From Alphaproteobacteria bacterium (GTDB lineage Bacteria > Pseudomonadota > Alphaproteobacteria > RF32 > CAG-239), in NCBI GenBank assembly GCA_015062345.1, contig SUUV01000001.1, positions 21,588 through 85,587 on the forward strand: DNA of 64,000 nucleotides, written 5' to 3'. Numbering within the stretch: the first letter of the stretch is position 1; every line of letters starts with the position of its first letter. The translations under genes were made by a program, and so were the position numbers. This document shows, one piece after another, positions 1-10,267 of this stretch. The notes below the pieces were generated by a model. It made no database searches. It was not told where the DNA came from and saw nothing but the letters and a program-made list of their open reading frames with translations.

Positions 1-272
1 CCCAAAAAAACCGCTCCGCAATAGTGCAAGGCGCCCATATACTGATTGTTATGCAATGACATAATTTTTTCCATCGCCGGTACCAAAAGCGAAAATATTG
101 CCGCCGCAAGCATCACACCGGCTGCTATATTTAGCATAGTATTAATGTTGCTTTTGGAATATTTCTTTTTTAAAAAAATTGCAAAACCGCCAAGCCCCGT
201 AAACATTCCGGCAACAAGTGCGGCAACCAAAGCATTGATAAAAATACTATCACTTACAAACAACATCTTCAT
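1..272 (-). CDS. ZIP-family zinc transporter (ZupT-like), N-terminal part; the gene continues beyond the window start
   Basis: Minus-strand translation starts at ATG 270-272 (MKMLFVSDSIFINALVAALVAGMFTGLGGFAIFL...), preceded by a GGAAG RBS. The hydrophobic TM helices resemble the ZupT N-terminus. No ORF-track entry exists because the gene is truncated. Confidence 0.4.
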   Translation of the reverse strand, partial: MKMLFVSDSIFINALVAALVAGMFTGLGGFAIFLKKKYSKSNINTMLNIAAGVMLAAAIFSLLVPAMEKIMSLHNNQYMGALHYCGAVFL

Positions 273-1230
273 CTTCCGTTTTTTTGCGAGTTAATTGCGA
301 TAATGTAATTTTTTTAACGGTAAACTTATCGGCAAAAATTTCTTTAATTTTTTCTTTTACAAGTTCGGGGTCCGCAATGTCGGCAAAGAAAAACTGATTC
401 TGACAGCTTTCTTCTTTTTCAATGCTGCCGCCGTTTTTCTTGAACATTCCTTCCGCCAAGGTCAAAGCCGAAACCATATCATAGGTCATCGAAACTCCGT
501 CACATTCTTTTGCGGCTTCTATAAGTGCTTTTATTACCGGATTTTTAGAAGCTTTAAATTGCTCCAAAAACTTAAAATCCATATCAAGTTTTTTAATGTT
601 TCTTGAAGGCACCACAATGGTTTTAACATCTTTTTCCTGCACATAGTCAAACAAAATTTCGGCAGCCGGATAACCTGTTTGAAAATTAAAGCATTCCGGA
701 TTGGGTAAATATTTTCCGCTTTCGGTTTTATTTTCCGAAACATCACCCATCACCACAATTTTTTTAACTTTTTTCTTTAAGGTATCTTGCGTGCCTTTTA
801 TATATTTTGCAAAATCGGCAAACGGAGCATTTAGCAATATGAATATATTTTTATCTTTAACCGATTTAATATATTCTTGCAAAAAGACAATGCCGCTTCT
901 TAAAATGGTCATACCGGCATCTTCAAATATTTTTGAAAACTCATTTTCGGGATAATTATTTTCTTTTGTTTCGTCTTGAACCTCATAATCACCGCCGGGG
1001 ACTACTCTGACAAAAGATTGTCCCAAATATTGCATTGCGCCTTTTGCATACATTGCTCTGCGGCGTCTGACCTCATAAACACCAAGCTCGGTGATAATAC
1101 CCTTAATGTTGATATAATTATGCTCTGCCAAATAGGCAAGTATTACAAACGATGCCAAATCATCATGATAGTTGTTGATGTCCGTAAACACCAACACTTC
1201 GGGGATTTTTCGTTCTTTTTTCTTTGCCAT
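250..1230 (-). CDS. hypothetical protein, possibly of the inosine-uridine nucleoside hydrolase family
   Basis: 326-aa ORF. The N-terminus VLVFTDINNYHDDLASFVILA resembles the IU-NH DxDxxxDD aspartate cluster. It lies directly downstream of gatB on the same strand. Confidence 0.45.
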   Translation of the reverse strand: MAKKKERKIPEVLVFTDINNYHDDLASFVILAYLAEHNYINIKGIITELGVYEVRRRRAMYAKGAMQYLGQSFVRVVPGGDYEVQDETKENNYPENEFSKIFEDAGMTILRSGIVFLQEYIKSVKDKNIFILLNAPFADFAKYIKGTQDTLKKKVKKIVVMGDVSENKTESGKYLPNPECFNFQTGYPAAEILFDYVQEKDVKTIVVPSRNIKKLDMDFKFLEQFKASKNPVIKALIEAAKECDGVSMTYDMVSALTLAEGMFKKNGGSIEKEESCQNQFFFADIADPELVKEKIKEIFADKFTVKKITLSQLTRKKTEDEDVVCK

Positions 1231-1231
1231 A

Positions 1232-2689
1232 TTAACCCAACTTTTCTTTTAATATCTGATTAACCATAGCCGGATTAGCCGTTCCTTTAGATTGCTTCAT
1301 CACTTGTCCGACAAACCAGCCCATCAAGTTTTGCTTTCCTCCCTGATAAGCTGCAACATTATCCGGATTTTCCTTTATAATCGCATCAACAATGCTTTCA
1401 ATGGCCTTAGTATCGGTAACCTGTTTTAAGCCGTTTTCTTCCACAATGACATCAGGGGCTTTACCGGTTTGAACCATAATTGCAAAAACATCTTTTGCGG
1501 TTTTACCGTTGATTGTATTATTGGAAATTAAATCAACCAAAGCACCTAAGTTTTCAGCCGATACCGGAGAATTTTCCAAACTTAAATGCTTGGCATTAAG
1601 CATGGCAAAAAAGTCGCCCATAACCCAGTTTGCAACCTTTTTTGCATCTCTGCCTGTGGCGGCTTTTTCAAAAAACTCTGCCGTTTCTTTGTTTTCGCAC
1701 AAAACCGATGCATCATACGGAGTTAACTTGAGCTCTTTAACAAAACGCTCTTTTTTTGCGTCGGGCAATTCACACATCTCATTTTTGACACTTTCAATAA
1801 ACTCATCTGATAAAACCAAAGGCGGTAAATCAGGCTCCGGAAAATAGCGATATTCATTTGCGTTTTCTTTTATACGCAAAAATTTTGTTTCACCGGTGTT
1901 TTGGTCAAAGTTTCTGGTTTGTTGTTCAATATTGCCGCCGTTTTCATAAACTTCAACCTGCCTTTTGGCTTCATATTCTATTGCCTGCATCACAAACTTA
2001 ACCGAGTTCACATTTTTAATTTCGGCTCTGGGTCTTAGCTCCGAACTACCTAAAGGCCTAACCGAAACACTGGCATCACAACGCATTGAGCCCTCGTCCA
2101 TATTGCCGTCACAAGTTCCCAAATAACGCACAATCGAACGCAGTTTTTTCAAAAACGCACCGACTTCTTCTGCAGACCTGAAATCAGGTTTTGTAACAAG
2201 CTCCATCAAGCCCACACCGGCTCTGTTATAATCTATGTAACTTTTTTTGGGGTTAATGTCGTGAATGGATTTTCCCGTATCTTGCTCAATATGGATTCGT
2301 TCAATGCCGATTTTTCTTGTTTCGCCACTCGGTAAATCAATAACAACTTCGCCTTCACCTACAAGCGGATACTCATATTGTGTAATTTGATATCCCTGAG
2401 GCAAATCGGCATAAAAATAGTTTTTACGAGAAAAAACCGAACGATTATTGATTTTTGCATTTAAGCCCAAACCGGTTTTAACTGCCTGACGCACACACTC
2501 CTCATTTAACACCGGCAACATTCCGGGCATGGCAACATCAACAAAAGACACATTTTCATTGGCATCGGCGCCATATTCGGTTGATGCCGAACTGAAAATT
2601 TTAGACTTGGAAATAATCTGGCAATGAATTTCCAAACCGCATACCATTTCCCATTCGCCGTTTTGTGTTTTTATAATATTTTCCGCCAT
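1232..2689 (-). CDS. gatB: aspartyl/glutamyl-tRNA(Asn/Gln) amidotransferase subunit B
   Basis: 485-aa ORF starting MAENIIKTQNGEWEMVCGLEIHCQI, the typical GatB N-terminus. It ends with a GatB/YqeY-like C-terminus and completes a gatC-gatA-gatB operon. Confidence 0.9.
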   Translation of the reverse strand: MAENIIKTQNGEWEMVCGLEIHCQIISKSKIFSSASTEYGADANENVSFVDVAMPGMLPVLNEECVRQAVKTGLGLNAKINNRSVFSRKNYFYADLPQGYQITQYEYPLVGEGEVVIDLPSGETRKIGIERIHIEQDTGKSIHDINPKKSYIDYNRAGVGLMELVTKPDFRSAEEVGAFLKKLRSIVRYLGTCDGNMDEGSMRCDASVSVRPLGSSELRPRAEIKNVNSVKFVMQAIEYEAKRQVEVYENGGNIEQQTRNFDQNTGETKFLRIKENANEYRYFPEPDLPPLVLSDEFIESVKNEMCELPDAKKERFVKELKLTPYDASVLCENKETAEFFEKAATGRDAKKVANWVMGDFFAMLNAKHLSLENSPVSAENLGALVDLISNNTINGKTAKDVFAIMVQTGKAPDVIVEENGLKQVTDTKAIESIVDAIIKENPDNVAAYQGGKQNLMGWFVGQVMKQSKGTANPAMVNQILKEKLG

Positions 2690-2691
2690 TG

Positions 2692-4146
2692 TTATTTCCT
2701 CTTAAAATTTGCATCTTGTTCCAATGCAAAACCTGTTTTAAAAATTGTTTCTTCATCAAAGGGTTTTCCTATCAATTGCATACCTATCGGCAACCCTTGT
2801 TCACAAAGTGCGGTCGGCAGGCTCATTGCCGGCAATCCGGCCAAATTTACCGACACCGTAAACACATCGTTTAAATACATATTTATCGGATTTGACTGCA
2901 TTGATTTATCACCGATTGCAAATGCCGTTGTCGGTGATGTAGGCGCTAAGATAACATCACATTTTTCAAATGCACTGATAAAGTCTTGTCTAATTTTACG
3001 ACGAACTTTTTGCGCCTTAACATAATATGCGTCATAATATCCTGCCGACAACACATATGTTCCTACCATAATACGGCGCTTAACCTCTTTACCGAATCCG
3101 GCCGTCCTACTGTTAATATACATTTCATCTAAGCTGCTACCGTCAATGCGTTTTCCGTATCTTAACCCGTCATAGCGAGCCAAATTTGAAGATGCTTCGG
3201 CCGGTGCAATGATATAATATACCGGCAAAGCATATTTTGTATGCGGCAAACTTATATCTACAATTTCGGCTCCTCTTTTTCTTAACATATCGGCGGCTAA
3301 ATCCCAAGCTTTGGCAATTGATAAATTTAATTTATCCGAACGATATTCAAGCGGAATGCCCACTTTTAAACCTTTGATATCAGAGCCCAAAACTTTTGCA
3401 AAATCAGGCACTTCTATTTTGGCCGAAGTTGAATCTTTTTCATCAAAGCCGGCCATATGTTTTAACAAAATGGCGCAATCGGTCACATCTTTTGCCATCG
3501 GACCGGCTTGGTCCAAAGAAGAAGCAAAAGCCATAATTCCATAACGAGAACATCTGCCGTATGTGGGTTTAATTCCGGTGATACCGCAATATGCGGCCGG
3601 TTGTCTGATTGAACCTCCGGTGTCGGTACCGGTTGCCGCTGCACACATCTTGGCACAAACCGCTGCTGCCGAACCGCCCGAAGAACCGCCCGAAACTAAA
3701 TCGATATCTTGGCTCCAAGGGTTAATGCACGGACCAAAAAAACTGGTCTCGTTGCTACCGCCCATGGCAAATTCGTCCATATTAAGCTTGCCTAAAAACA
3801 AAGCTCCCGAATTTAACAAATTGGCAGTTACGGTTGACTCATATTCGGGAACAAAATTTTCCAAAATTTGTGAACAAGCAGTTGTCTTAATACCTTTGGT
3901 ACAAAACAAATCTTTAATACCCAAAGGCACTCCCTCAAGTTGACGAGCCGTATTGTTTAAGTATTTTTCATCAGAAACCTTTGCTTGTTCCAAAGCTGTT
4001 TCTATACATTCGGTTACATAGGCATTATATTTGCGACCGTCTTGCATATTTTTGATATACGCTTTGGTAAGCTCGGTTGCACTAAAATCTTTTTTGCTTA
4101 ATCCGTTAATTGCCTGAGCAACGGTTAAATCGGTTAAATCGGTCAT
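2692..4146 (-). CDS. gatA: glutamyl-tRNA(Gln) amidotransferase subunit A (amidase signature family)
   Basis: Amidase signature [11 protein letters not shown] is present. The start was moved to the internal Met ([15 protein letters not shown]) because a GGAG RBS sits there and it abuts the gatC stop. Confidence 0.9.
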   Translation of the reverse strand: MTDLTDLTVAQAINGLSKKDFSATELTKAYIKNMQDGRKYNAYVTECIETALEQAKVSDEKYLNNTARQLEGVPLGIKDLFCTKGIKTTACSQILENFVPEYESTVTANLLNSGALFLGKLNMDEFAMGGSNETSFFGPCINPWSQDIDLVSGGSSGGSAAAVCAKMCAAATGTDTGGSIRQPAAYCGITGIKPTYGRCSRYGIMAFASSLDQAGPMAKDVTDCAILLKHMAGFDEKDSTSAKIEVPDFAKVLGSDIKGLKVGIPLEYRSDKLNLSIAKAWDLAADMLRKRGAEIVDISLPHTKYALPVYYIIAPAEASSNLARYDGLRYGKRIDGSSLDEMYINSRTAGFGKEVKRRIMVGTYVLSAGYYDAYYVKAQKVRRKIRQDFISAFEKCDVILAPTSPTTAFAIGDKSMQSNPINMYLNDVFTVSVNLAGLPAMSLPTALCEQGLPIGMQLIGKPFDEETIFKTGFALEQDANFKRK

Positions 4147-4150
4147 ATCT

Positions 4151-4438
4151 TTACTCCACAACTTTCGGCACTGCAAAATAGCCAAACTCACTTAAAGGTG
4201 CATTTTTAAGCACTTCATCTTTTATGTTGCCGTCTTTTACCACATCTTTACGACAAGACAAATTTTCTTCATTTACCGAAACAAGCTGTTCCACATTGTC
4301 GGTGTTCACTTCTTGAAGTTCTGCCACCCAATTTAATATCTTATTAAACTCATCTTTTGTACCTTCAAGCTTATTCTCATCAATTTTTAACCTTGAAAGA
4401 AAAGCAATTTGTTCAACTGTTTGATTATCAACTGCCAT
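4151..4438 (-). CDS. gatC: glutamyl-tRNA(Gln) amidotransferase subunit C
   Basis: 95-aa ORF immediately upstream of gatA, with GatC-like size and sequence ([18 protein letters not shown]). Confidence 0.8.
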   Translation of the reverse strand: MAVDNQTVEQIAFLSRLKIDENKLEGTKDEFNKILNWVAELQEVNTDNVEQLVSVNEENLSCRKDVVKDGNIKDEVLKNAPLSEFGYFAVPKVVE

Positions 4439-4506
4439 AATTCAACCTTTCTTAAAAACTTTTTGTTGTTTTAACAACTTACGAATTAACTTGCAAGCAA
4501 AAACTT

Positions 4507-6285
4507 TTACATCAGCACCTTAAACGGCGGTATAATTGCATCAAAACGAAGTTTGTAAAGCATTTTTATATCATCTGCCCATTGTCCGAATTTTTCCGTC
4601 AACCGAACTGCCGGTAAACCGCCGCCACTTTCAATATATTTGGTAAGTTTTTCCTGAAAACTTTGTTTTCTGGGATAATAGTTGAGCAAAAATTTATCAC
4701 CTGAGCCGATTTTTGCCAAAGCTTTTGCTTTTAACAAAGCAACATCAACCCCGCCTAAAGCATCAACAAGCCCAAGCGAATATGCATCTTTACCGAGCCA
4801 CACTCTGCCTCTTGCCACCTGATTTATTTTTTGCAGGTCAAAGTTTCTGGCTTGCATTACTTTTGATGTAAAATCCTGATAGATTCTATCAAGCGATGCA
4901 TTAAATGCTCTCTTTTCATTTTCATCAAATTTGTGGTTTATACTTAAAAACGAAGCATTGTCGCCAAAACTGATTTCGCCCCAATTTATACCAAGTTTTT
5001 TCCACAGTTTTTCAAAAACTACTTTACCGCCCAAAACTCCGATTGAACCGGTTAATGTTGCCGGCTCAGCCACAATATAATCAGCAGCCGTTGCAATAAA
5101 ATATCCACCTGAAGCCGCATAATCGGACATGGAAACCACAATCGGAATTTGCTTTTCTTTTTTCAAATTTTCAAGCGCATATCTGATTTCGTCAGATGCG
5201 GTATAGCTTCCGCCGGGGGAATTTATCCTCAAAACCAAAGCTTTAAGATTTTCTTGTTTTTTTAAATCTTCAATTTGCGCTAAAACGCTGTTTGCACCCA
5301 CAACTGCCTCGTTTAACGGACTGTTTGAGCTTATTCCGTCATCAATCATACCGTCTAAGACCAGAAAAGCAACCAAAGGCAAGTCTTTTTGATTGAGCTC
5401 TTTTATTCCTGCCATATAGCTGTCAATATCTGCAAATTGTGCATTATATGTTGTTTTTAGATAATCATTTAAATCTTGCACATAACCGAATTTATCAATA
5501 AACCCAAGCTTAAAAGCTAAACTTGTCCACAATGGCGCTTTGTTAATGGCATTTTCAACATCTTTTTCCGCCAAATTTCGATTTTTTGCAATTCCCGTAA
5601 CCAGTTGATTGTAAAAACCATTTCCGACTTTGTTTAATTCTTGACGATATTCTTGGCTAAAATCAGAGCTTATCAGTGAGCTGACCGCTGTTTTATATTC
5701 ATAACGAGAATAAAATTCGGGTTCAACGCCAAATTTTTGCAAAATATTTTTAAAAAACGGCACTTCAATATTAACACCAGTAACCGCTATTTCGGCAGAC
5801 GGCTGAAGCCAAATTTGGTCAAAATGTGATGCCAGATAATATTCTTTACTGCCACCCATTGAACTTGAATATACATAAGCCTTTTTGCCTTTTGCTCTAA
5901 ATGTCTTAACCGCCGATGCAATATCCTGAATTTGCGCCAATCCCAGTGAAGAAACGCTGATATTGGCTTTTATGGCCTTAATTTTTTCATCATCGGCAGC
6001 AATATTTATGGCTCTTATCAAATCAAAAACCGAATGCGTTGAAGCTCCGGTAAATTCGGCAAAAAAGTCATCACTTCGGCTTTCGGTATAGTTTTTGTTA
6101 AAATCTATCTCCAAAATTGCACTATCGGGAACTCCGGCAATTTTTATTTTAGGGCTCATAATTGATAACACCCCGACCAAAATCAATATAAATAACACTC
6201 CAAAAATTGCAAAAGAATAAACAATGGTCTTAATTATCAGTTTTAAAGCCATTTTTTTTCTTTGTTCTTCTTCGTTTATTTTCAT
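4507..6285 (-). CDS. sppA: signal peptide peptidase SppA (protease IV, 67K type)
   Basis: 592 aa with an N-terminal TM helix and two ClpP/crotonase-like halves (GGSYTASDEI...; SMSDYAASGGYFIATAADYIVAEP). Confidence 0.8.
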   Translation of the reverse strand: MKINEEEQRKKMALKLIIKTIVYSFAIFGVLFILILVGVLSIMSPKIKIAGVPDSAILEIDFNKNYTESRSDDFFAEFTGASTHSVFDLIRAINIAADDEKIKAIKANISVSSLGLAQIQDIASAVKTFRAKGKKAYVYSSSMGGSKEYYLASHFDQIWLQPSAEIAVTGVNIEVPFFKNILQKFGVEPEFYSRYEYKTAVSSLISSDFSQEYRQELNKVGNGFYNQLVTGIAKNRNLAEKDVENAINKAPLWTSLAFKLGFIDKFGYVQDLNDYLKTTYNAQFADIDSYMAGIKELNQKDLPLVAFLVLDGMIDDGISSNSPLNEAVVGANSVLAQIEDLKKQENLKALVLRINSPGGSYTASDEIRYALENLKKEKQIPIVVSMSDYAASGGYFIATAADYIVAEPATLTGSIGVLGGKVVFEKLWKKLGINWGEISFGDNASFLSINHKFDENEKRAFNASLDRIYQDFTSKVMQARNFDLQKINQVARGRVWLGKDAYSLGLVDALGGVDVALLKAKALAKIGSGDKFLLNYYPRKQSFQEKLTKYIESGGGLPAVRLTEKFGQWADDIKMLYKLRFDAIIPPFKVLM

Positions 6286-6287
6286 AT

Positions 6288-7013
6288 TTATTCTCCGTTA
6301 TTTTCTTGTATTTTGAGCAGATTATCCACAAACTCGGGCAATGTAACCGAACATTTGCCTTCAATGTGCTCATCAAACAAATAATTATTTGAAGTGGTAG
6401 TTAAATTAAACTCTATGGTATCGGCACCATAATATTTTGCCGTATAAACAAAACCGGCGGCCGGATACACCACTCCAGATGTGCCGACCGAAACAAATAA
6501 ATCACATTCTCTTAAATGTTTTTCAACCTCATTCATATATAAAGGCATCTCCCCAAAAAACACAATATTGGGTTTAAATTTGCCTTTTGCGGCACAATGA
6601 GGGCATATTGTTGACATATCAACATCTTCTGCCGATTGCAAAATATGTCCGCATTCCAAACATATTGCTTCATCAATTTTTCCGTGAATGTGATATATGT
6701 TTTTGCTTGAGGCTTTTTCGTGCAAAATATCAACATTTTGTGTAATGATATTAACCTCACCTTTATATTGTTCTTGCAATTTTGCCAAACAAAGATGTGC
6801 CGGATTGGGCTTTGCATTTAAAACTTCGGGCTTTAGCTCGTTATAAAATTTATGAACAAAAGCCGGATTTTTTTCAAACGCCTCAACGGTTGCAACATCT
6901 TCCACTTTATGATTGTTCCATAAACCGTCAGAATCTCTAAAGGTCGAAAGGCCCGATTCGGCAGAAATTCCGGCACCGGTTAATATAAAAATGCGTTTAT
7001 ACTGTTTTTTCAT
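6288..7013 (-). CDS. cobB: NAD-dependent protein deacylase (Sir2/CobB family)
   Basis: Sirtuin motifs are present: GAGISAESGLSTFRD, a CxxC...CxxC zinc ribbon (CLECG, CPHCA) and HG. The start was moved to the internal Met MKKQYKRIFILTGAGIS, which has a GGAG RBS. Confidence 0.8.
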   Translation of the reverse strand: MKKQYKRIFILTGAGISAESGLSTFRDSDGLWNNHKVEDVATVEAFEKNPAFVHKFYNELKPEVLNAKPNPAHLCLAKLQEQYKGEVNIITQNVDILHEKASSKNIYHIHGKIDEAICLECGHILQSAEDVDMSTICPHCAAKGKFKPNIVFFGEMPLYMNEVEKHLRECDLFVSVGTSGVVYPAAGFVYTAKYYGADTIEFNLTTTSNNYLFDEHIEGKCSVTLPEFVDNLLKIQENNGE

Positions 7014-7258
7014 CACATACTCCATATATCTACAAAATAAAAGATTCTTTTTGATTGGCAAGAGTTTATAAACATATCCCCCAAAAAATATTTATCATCG
7101 GAACACAACTTCCAAATTGGTCTTGACACTAAACCAAAAATAAACTACAAATATAACTGAACAGTCAAGTTGGCTGTTTGGAACCTAACAATTCCTATGT
7201 AACGCGTCTTTTAGTATAGGGACGTTAAATTTTATACGCTGACCGGTTATTTAAAAAA

Positions 7259-7362
7259 TGACTGGAAGGCGGTAAAATAAGCCTTGCGGTCAATATACCG
7301 CGCTATTTCGTTATTGTAGTTGTTAGCTTCCAGTCGCTTTTTTGTTAAGAGCGATTTTTTTA
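7259..7362 (+). repeat. copy 1 of a conserved structured element of about 100 nt, bounded by 9-bp inverted repeats (gactggaag...cttccagtc) and followed by a short hairpin and a T-run
   Basis: About 80% identical to the reverse complement of 11712-11811. It lies 35-50 nt upstream of the downstream gene, in that gene's orientation. Confidence 0.6.
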
Positions 7363-7396
7363 TTTAAGTAACTTAATTAAAAAAAGGAAGATAATT

Positions 7397-8185
7397 ATGA
7401 AATATACAAATCAAAATGGTCGTTCAATTCTTGTCAAGTGTGATTTAGAAGCGCAGGCTTTTTTGAGTGCCGTGTATAAAAGCAATACACAAACGAAAAA
7501 AAGACAAGCTGATAAATTGCAATGCGGAAGAAGTATGGTAGAGATGCTTGGCGTGCTTGCTATTATCGGTGTTTTATCGGTAGGAGGTATTGCCGGCTAT
7601 TCAAAAGCCATGAACAAATTTAAAATCAACAAAACCACAGACCAGGTTTCCGTTCTTGTTGCAAATTTGCGTACGATGTTTGCAGCTCAAGGAAACTATA
7701 GTGGATTAACCGTTAAAACCGCAATAGATTTTGGTGTTGTCCCTGATGATATGATTACAACAAGCACAACCACAGGAGGGGAAGGCAATGAAACAACCAC
7801 CTCAACAACACTTAAAAATGCATTTGGCGGAGATGTTGAAATTGCAGTATCTCCGGTTAAAAATGGTGATACAGACAGCGCATTTTATGTTGCATATGAT
7901 GGTTTGTCACAAGAAGCATGTGTAACACTTGCAACCGGTGACTGGGGTTCCGGTCAAGCCTCCGGTTTAATAGCCATGATTGCAGCTCCTTCTTTAGCAA
8001 CTGCCAAAGCTGCTGCCGCAAACGCATATGCTAACGGTAATGGTGTGGCAGGCTCAGCTACTACGGCGGCAGTAGCTCAACCGGGTGGAAGTACCCTTAA
8101 AACCCCAATGCCTGTTGCAAATGCTGTAGCAAGTTGTACTGCTGCACAAAATGCCACTCCTGCAGTGCTTTGGAAATATTACTAA
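7397..8185 (+). CDS. type IV pilin-like protein (prepilin-type N-terminal cleavage/methylation motif)
   Basis: G|RSMVEMLGVLAIIGVLSVGGIAGY has Glu at +5 after the Gly and a hydrophobic N-terminal helix. A strong AGGAAG RBS precedes the ATG. The C-terminal region is rich in Ala, Gly and Thr. Confidence 0.6.
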   Translation: MKYTNQNGRSILVKCDLEAQAFLSAVYKSNTQTKKRQADKLQCGRSMVEMLGVLAIIGVLSVGGIAGYSKAMNKFKINKTTDQVSVLVANLRTMFAAQGNYSGLTVKTAIDFGVVPDDMITTSTTTGGEGNETTTSTTLKNAFGGDVEIAVSPVKNGDTDSAFYVAYDGLSQEACVTLATGDWGSGQASGLIAMIAAPSLATAKAAAANAYANGNGVAGSATTAAVAQPGGSTLKTPMPVANAVASCTAAQNATPAVLWKYY

Positions 8186-8222
8186 GCAAACAGCATAATC
8201 ATATTGTTAAATTACCCAAAAA

Positions 8223-8256
8223 AAGAGAGGTTCATTTTGAGCCTCTCTTTTTTTTG
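8223..8256 (+). terminator. Rho-independent terminator
   Basis: Stem agagagg/cctctct followed by T8, directly after the pilin-like gene. Confidence 0.6.
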
Positions 8257-8291
8257 TTTACAAAAACAAAAAATGAATTTTCCCATTAAAA

Positions 8292-8939
8292 TCAGTTTTC
8301 GTTTTTAAGATACCACTTAAACATCAGCACATTTGAGCTTCTTTCGCAATAAAGCGTATATCCGTAAAGCAAAATGGCATAAATTCCTACACTGTGATCA
8401 AGCAAGTAGTAGCGGATATTATCCATAAGCTTATCGATTCGCTTTTTCTTTTTGCAAGACAAAAAACATTTTGCTTTCATCTTTGAGAGCTTGGCAAACC
8501 GCTTTTTAAGACTGATGATATGAAGCAACACCTTTTCAAACTCAACGGCAAATTTTGCATCAGCTACTAAAGGCAGTGTTCTTATCACCTCCGGCATAAA
8601 ATAGTACTCATACCACATTTGAGCTCGCTCGGCACAACTTGGTGGCGAAAACACATCTTTAAGAGCATTTTCGATAAAATCTATTTCTGTTTGCTCAGGG
8701 CGAGCCAGATAGCCAAGTCCTTCTTTTGCATGCTTGCTCAAAGCATGGTCGATTCGGGTAGTATATTCGTATAAAGCTACATTTTTTAAGATGTGCGAAA
8801 ACGAATAAGCCAATTCTTCGGGCGGCAGATTTCTTAAATCAAACAAATCTTTCGCCGGAAGCTCAAAATAACTTGCAACATCATACTCTCCGGTAAGATG
8901 TGGCCGCTTTAAAAAAAGCTTCTTGGTAATATGTATCAT
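8292..8939 (-). CDS. hypothetical protein
   Basis: 215-aa ORF with no recognisable motif. Confidence 0.45.
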   Translation of the reverse strand: MIHITKKLFLKRPHLTGEYDVASYFELPAKDLFDLRNLPPEELAYSFSHILKNVALYEYTTRIDHALSKHAKEGLGYLARPEQTEIDFIENALKDVFSPPSCAERAQMWYEYYFMPEVIRTLPLVADAKFAVEFEKVLLHIISLKKRFAKLSKMKAKCFLSCKKKKRIDKLMDNIRYYLLDHSVGIYAILLYGYTLYCERSSNVLMFKWYLKNEN

Positions 8940-9017
8940 AATTTAAAAAAAATTTAGTTATGAGCGCAAGTTAGCATACACTCATAACTAAGTCAACAAT
9001 CAAAGTTATTATCTTAC

Positions 9018-9653
9018 TTAAAAACCAACGACTTTTTTAGCCGCTTTCAAATAATTGGTATTTGGCATTTCGCTTAAACCCAAAGCTTTAACCGCAGTTT
9101 TCATATCTTCATAATTTTCACTTTCGCAACATGCGGTTTCAACTAAAGCGCCATTAAACCAAACATATGCATATTCACAAATTACACCGTTTACCGAAAA
9201 CCCGTATCTTTTCTTTTCAACGGTTACCAAAGTTAAATCATTATGCGATTTTACCATTTCACAAAACTCATCAAAAGAATACGATTCTTTATCTAATGTC
9301 ATCGCAACTTGCAAATTTGATAAAATTGCGGATAGTTCTTCTTTTTTAACCGGAAATTGAAATTTGCCTCGTGGTTGAAAAATTTCATATCCGTCGGGAG
9401 TTTGTCCGACTTTTGTTTTAATATCCAATAAACCGTCACGAACTTTAACATTTGCATCGTTGGTGTTTTTGGATAAAATATATGTTTCAGCCGGCATAAC
9501 CCGAGCTTTATACAAGGTAGCTTTGCATTCCCACATATGTTCTTTTACACTTTCGATAATATCTTTGCCAAACACTCTAAACTCGGCACGAGGAGTTAGT
9601 TTGGCGGCATCATCTGCCGATACGGCAACATTTTTTGCATAAACATCTGTCAT
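9018..9653 (-). CDS. hypothetical protein
   Basis: 211-aa ORF lying immediately downstream of the CYTH gene at 9673-10143 on the same strand. Confidence 0.45.
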   Translation of the reverse strand: MTDVYAKNVAVSADDAAKLTPRAEFRVFGKDIIESVKEHMWECKATLYKARVMPAETYILSKNTNDANVKVRDGLLDIKTKVGQTPDGYEIFQPRGKFQFPVKKEELSAILSNLQVAMTLDKESYSFDEFCEMVKSHNDLTLVTVEKKRYGFSVNGVICEYAYVWFNGALVETACCESENYEDMKTAVKALGLSEMPNTNYLKAAKKVVGF

Positions 9654-9672
9654 TTTTATTGTCCCTTAAAAA

Positions 9673-10143
9673 TTACTTTTTCCATGTTGTGTACGGATTG
9701 TTTACCAGATTAGAATTAAAGTATCTGGGGTCTCCCGAAACTTCTTGACCTATCCATTGAGGCTTTTCAAACACTTGATCTTCACTTTGAAGCTCAACTT
9801 CAGCCACAATTAAACCTTCATTTACACCGAAAAACTCATCAATTTCCCAAACAAGTCCGTTGTAGGGCACTTTATAACGAGCCTTCTCAATGATGGGTTG
9901 TTCAGCCAAATGTTTTAACATTTCAACACAATCGTTATACGGAATCTCATATTCAAATTCCATACGAGTAACACCCACTGTCGGACCTTTAACGGTTAAA
10001 TATGCTTTGTCATCAATAGTTCTGATACGAACTGTTCGTTCTTTTATGCTGTTAAGATAACCCTGACGATAGTGAGTACCTTTTGCCAATGTCCGCCAAG
10101 CATCACCCGTAACTAAAAACTTGCGTTCAATTTCCTTTGCCAT
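9673..10143 (-). CDS. CYTH-domain protein (CyaB/thiamine-triphosphatase-like triphosphate tunnel enzyme)
   Basis: The N-terminal EIERKFLV matches the ExExK signature of CYTH domains; the protein is 156 aa. Confidence 0.7.
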   Translation of the reverse strand: MAKEIERKFLVTGDAWRTLAKGTHYRQGYLNSIKERTVRIRTIDDKAYLTVKGPTVGVTRMEFEYEIPYNDCVEMLKHLAEQPIIEKARYKVPYNGLVWEIDEFFGVNEGLIVAEVELQSEDQVFEKPQWIGQEVSGDPRYFNSNLVNNPYTTWKK

Positions 10144-10267
10144 TATTTTTTCCTTATAAGAGTTAAAACATATGTCATATTTTTATCTGCTAAACAATCG
10201 CTTGTCAAGTTTTGAAAAACTCAATCAGTCTAAAAAAATATATGCTTTCTGTCTCGTAGGTTCGACC

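Noticed and set aside
46-294. 82-aa plus-strand ORF at the window start
   Set aside because: It is antisense to a much better minus-strand ZIP-transporter-like reading frame that has an RBS and hydrophobic TM helices.
6533-6817. 94-aa minus-strand ORF inside cobB in another frame, and the many other ORFs of 60-130 aa antisense to or nested in large genes
   Set aside because: They overlap strongly supported genes and have no RBS or motifs. This is typical AT-rich genome noise.
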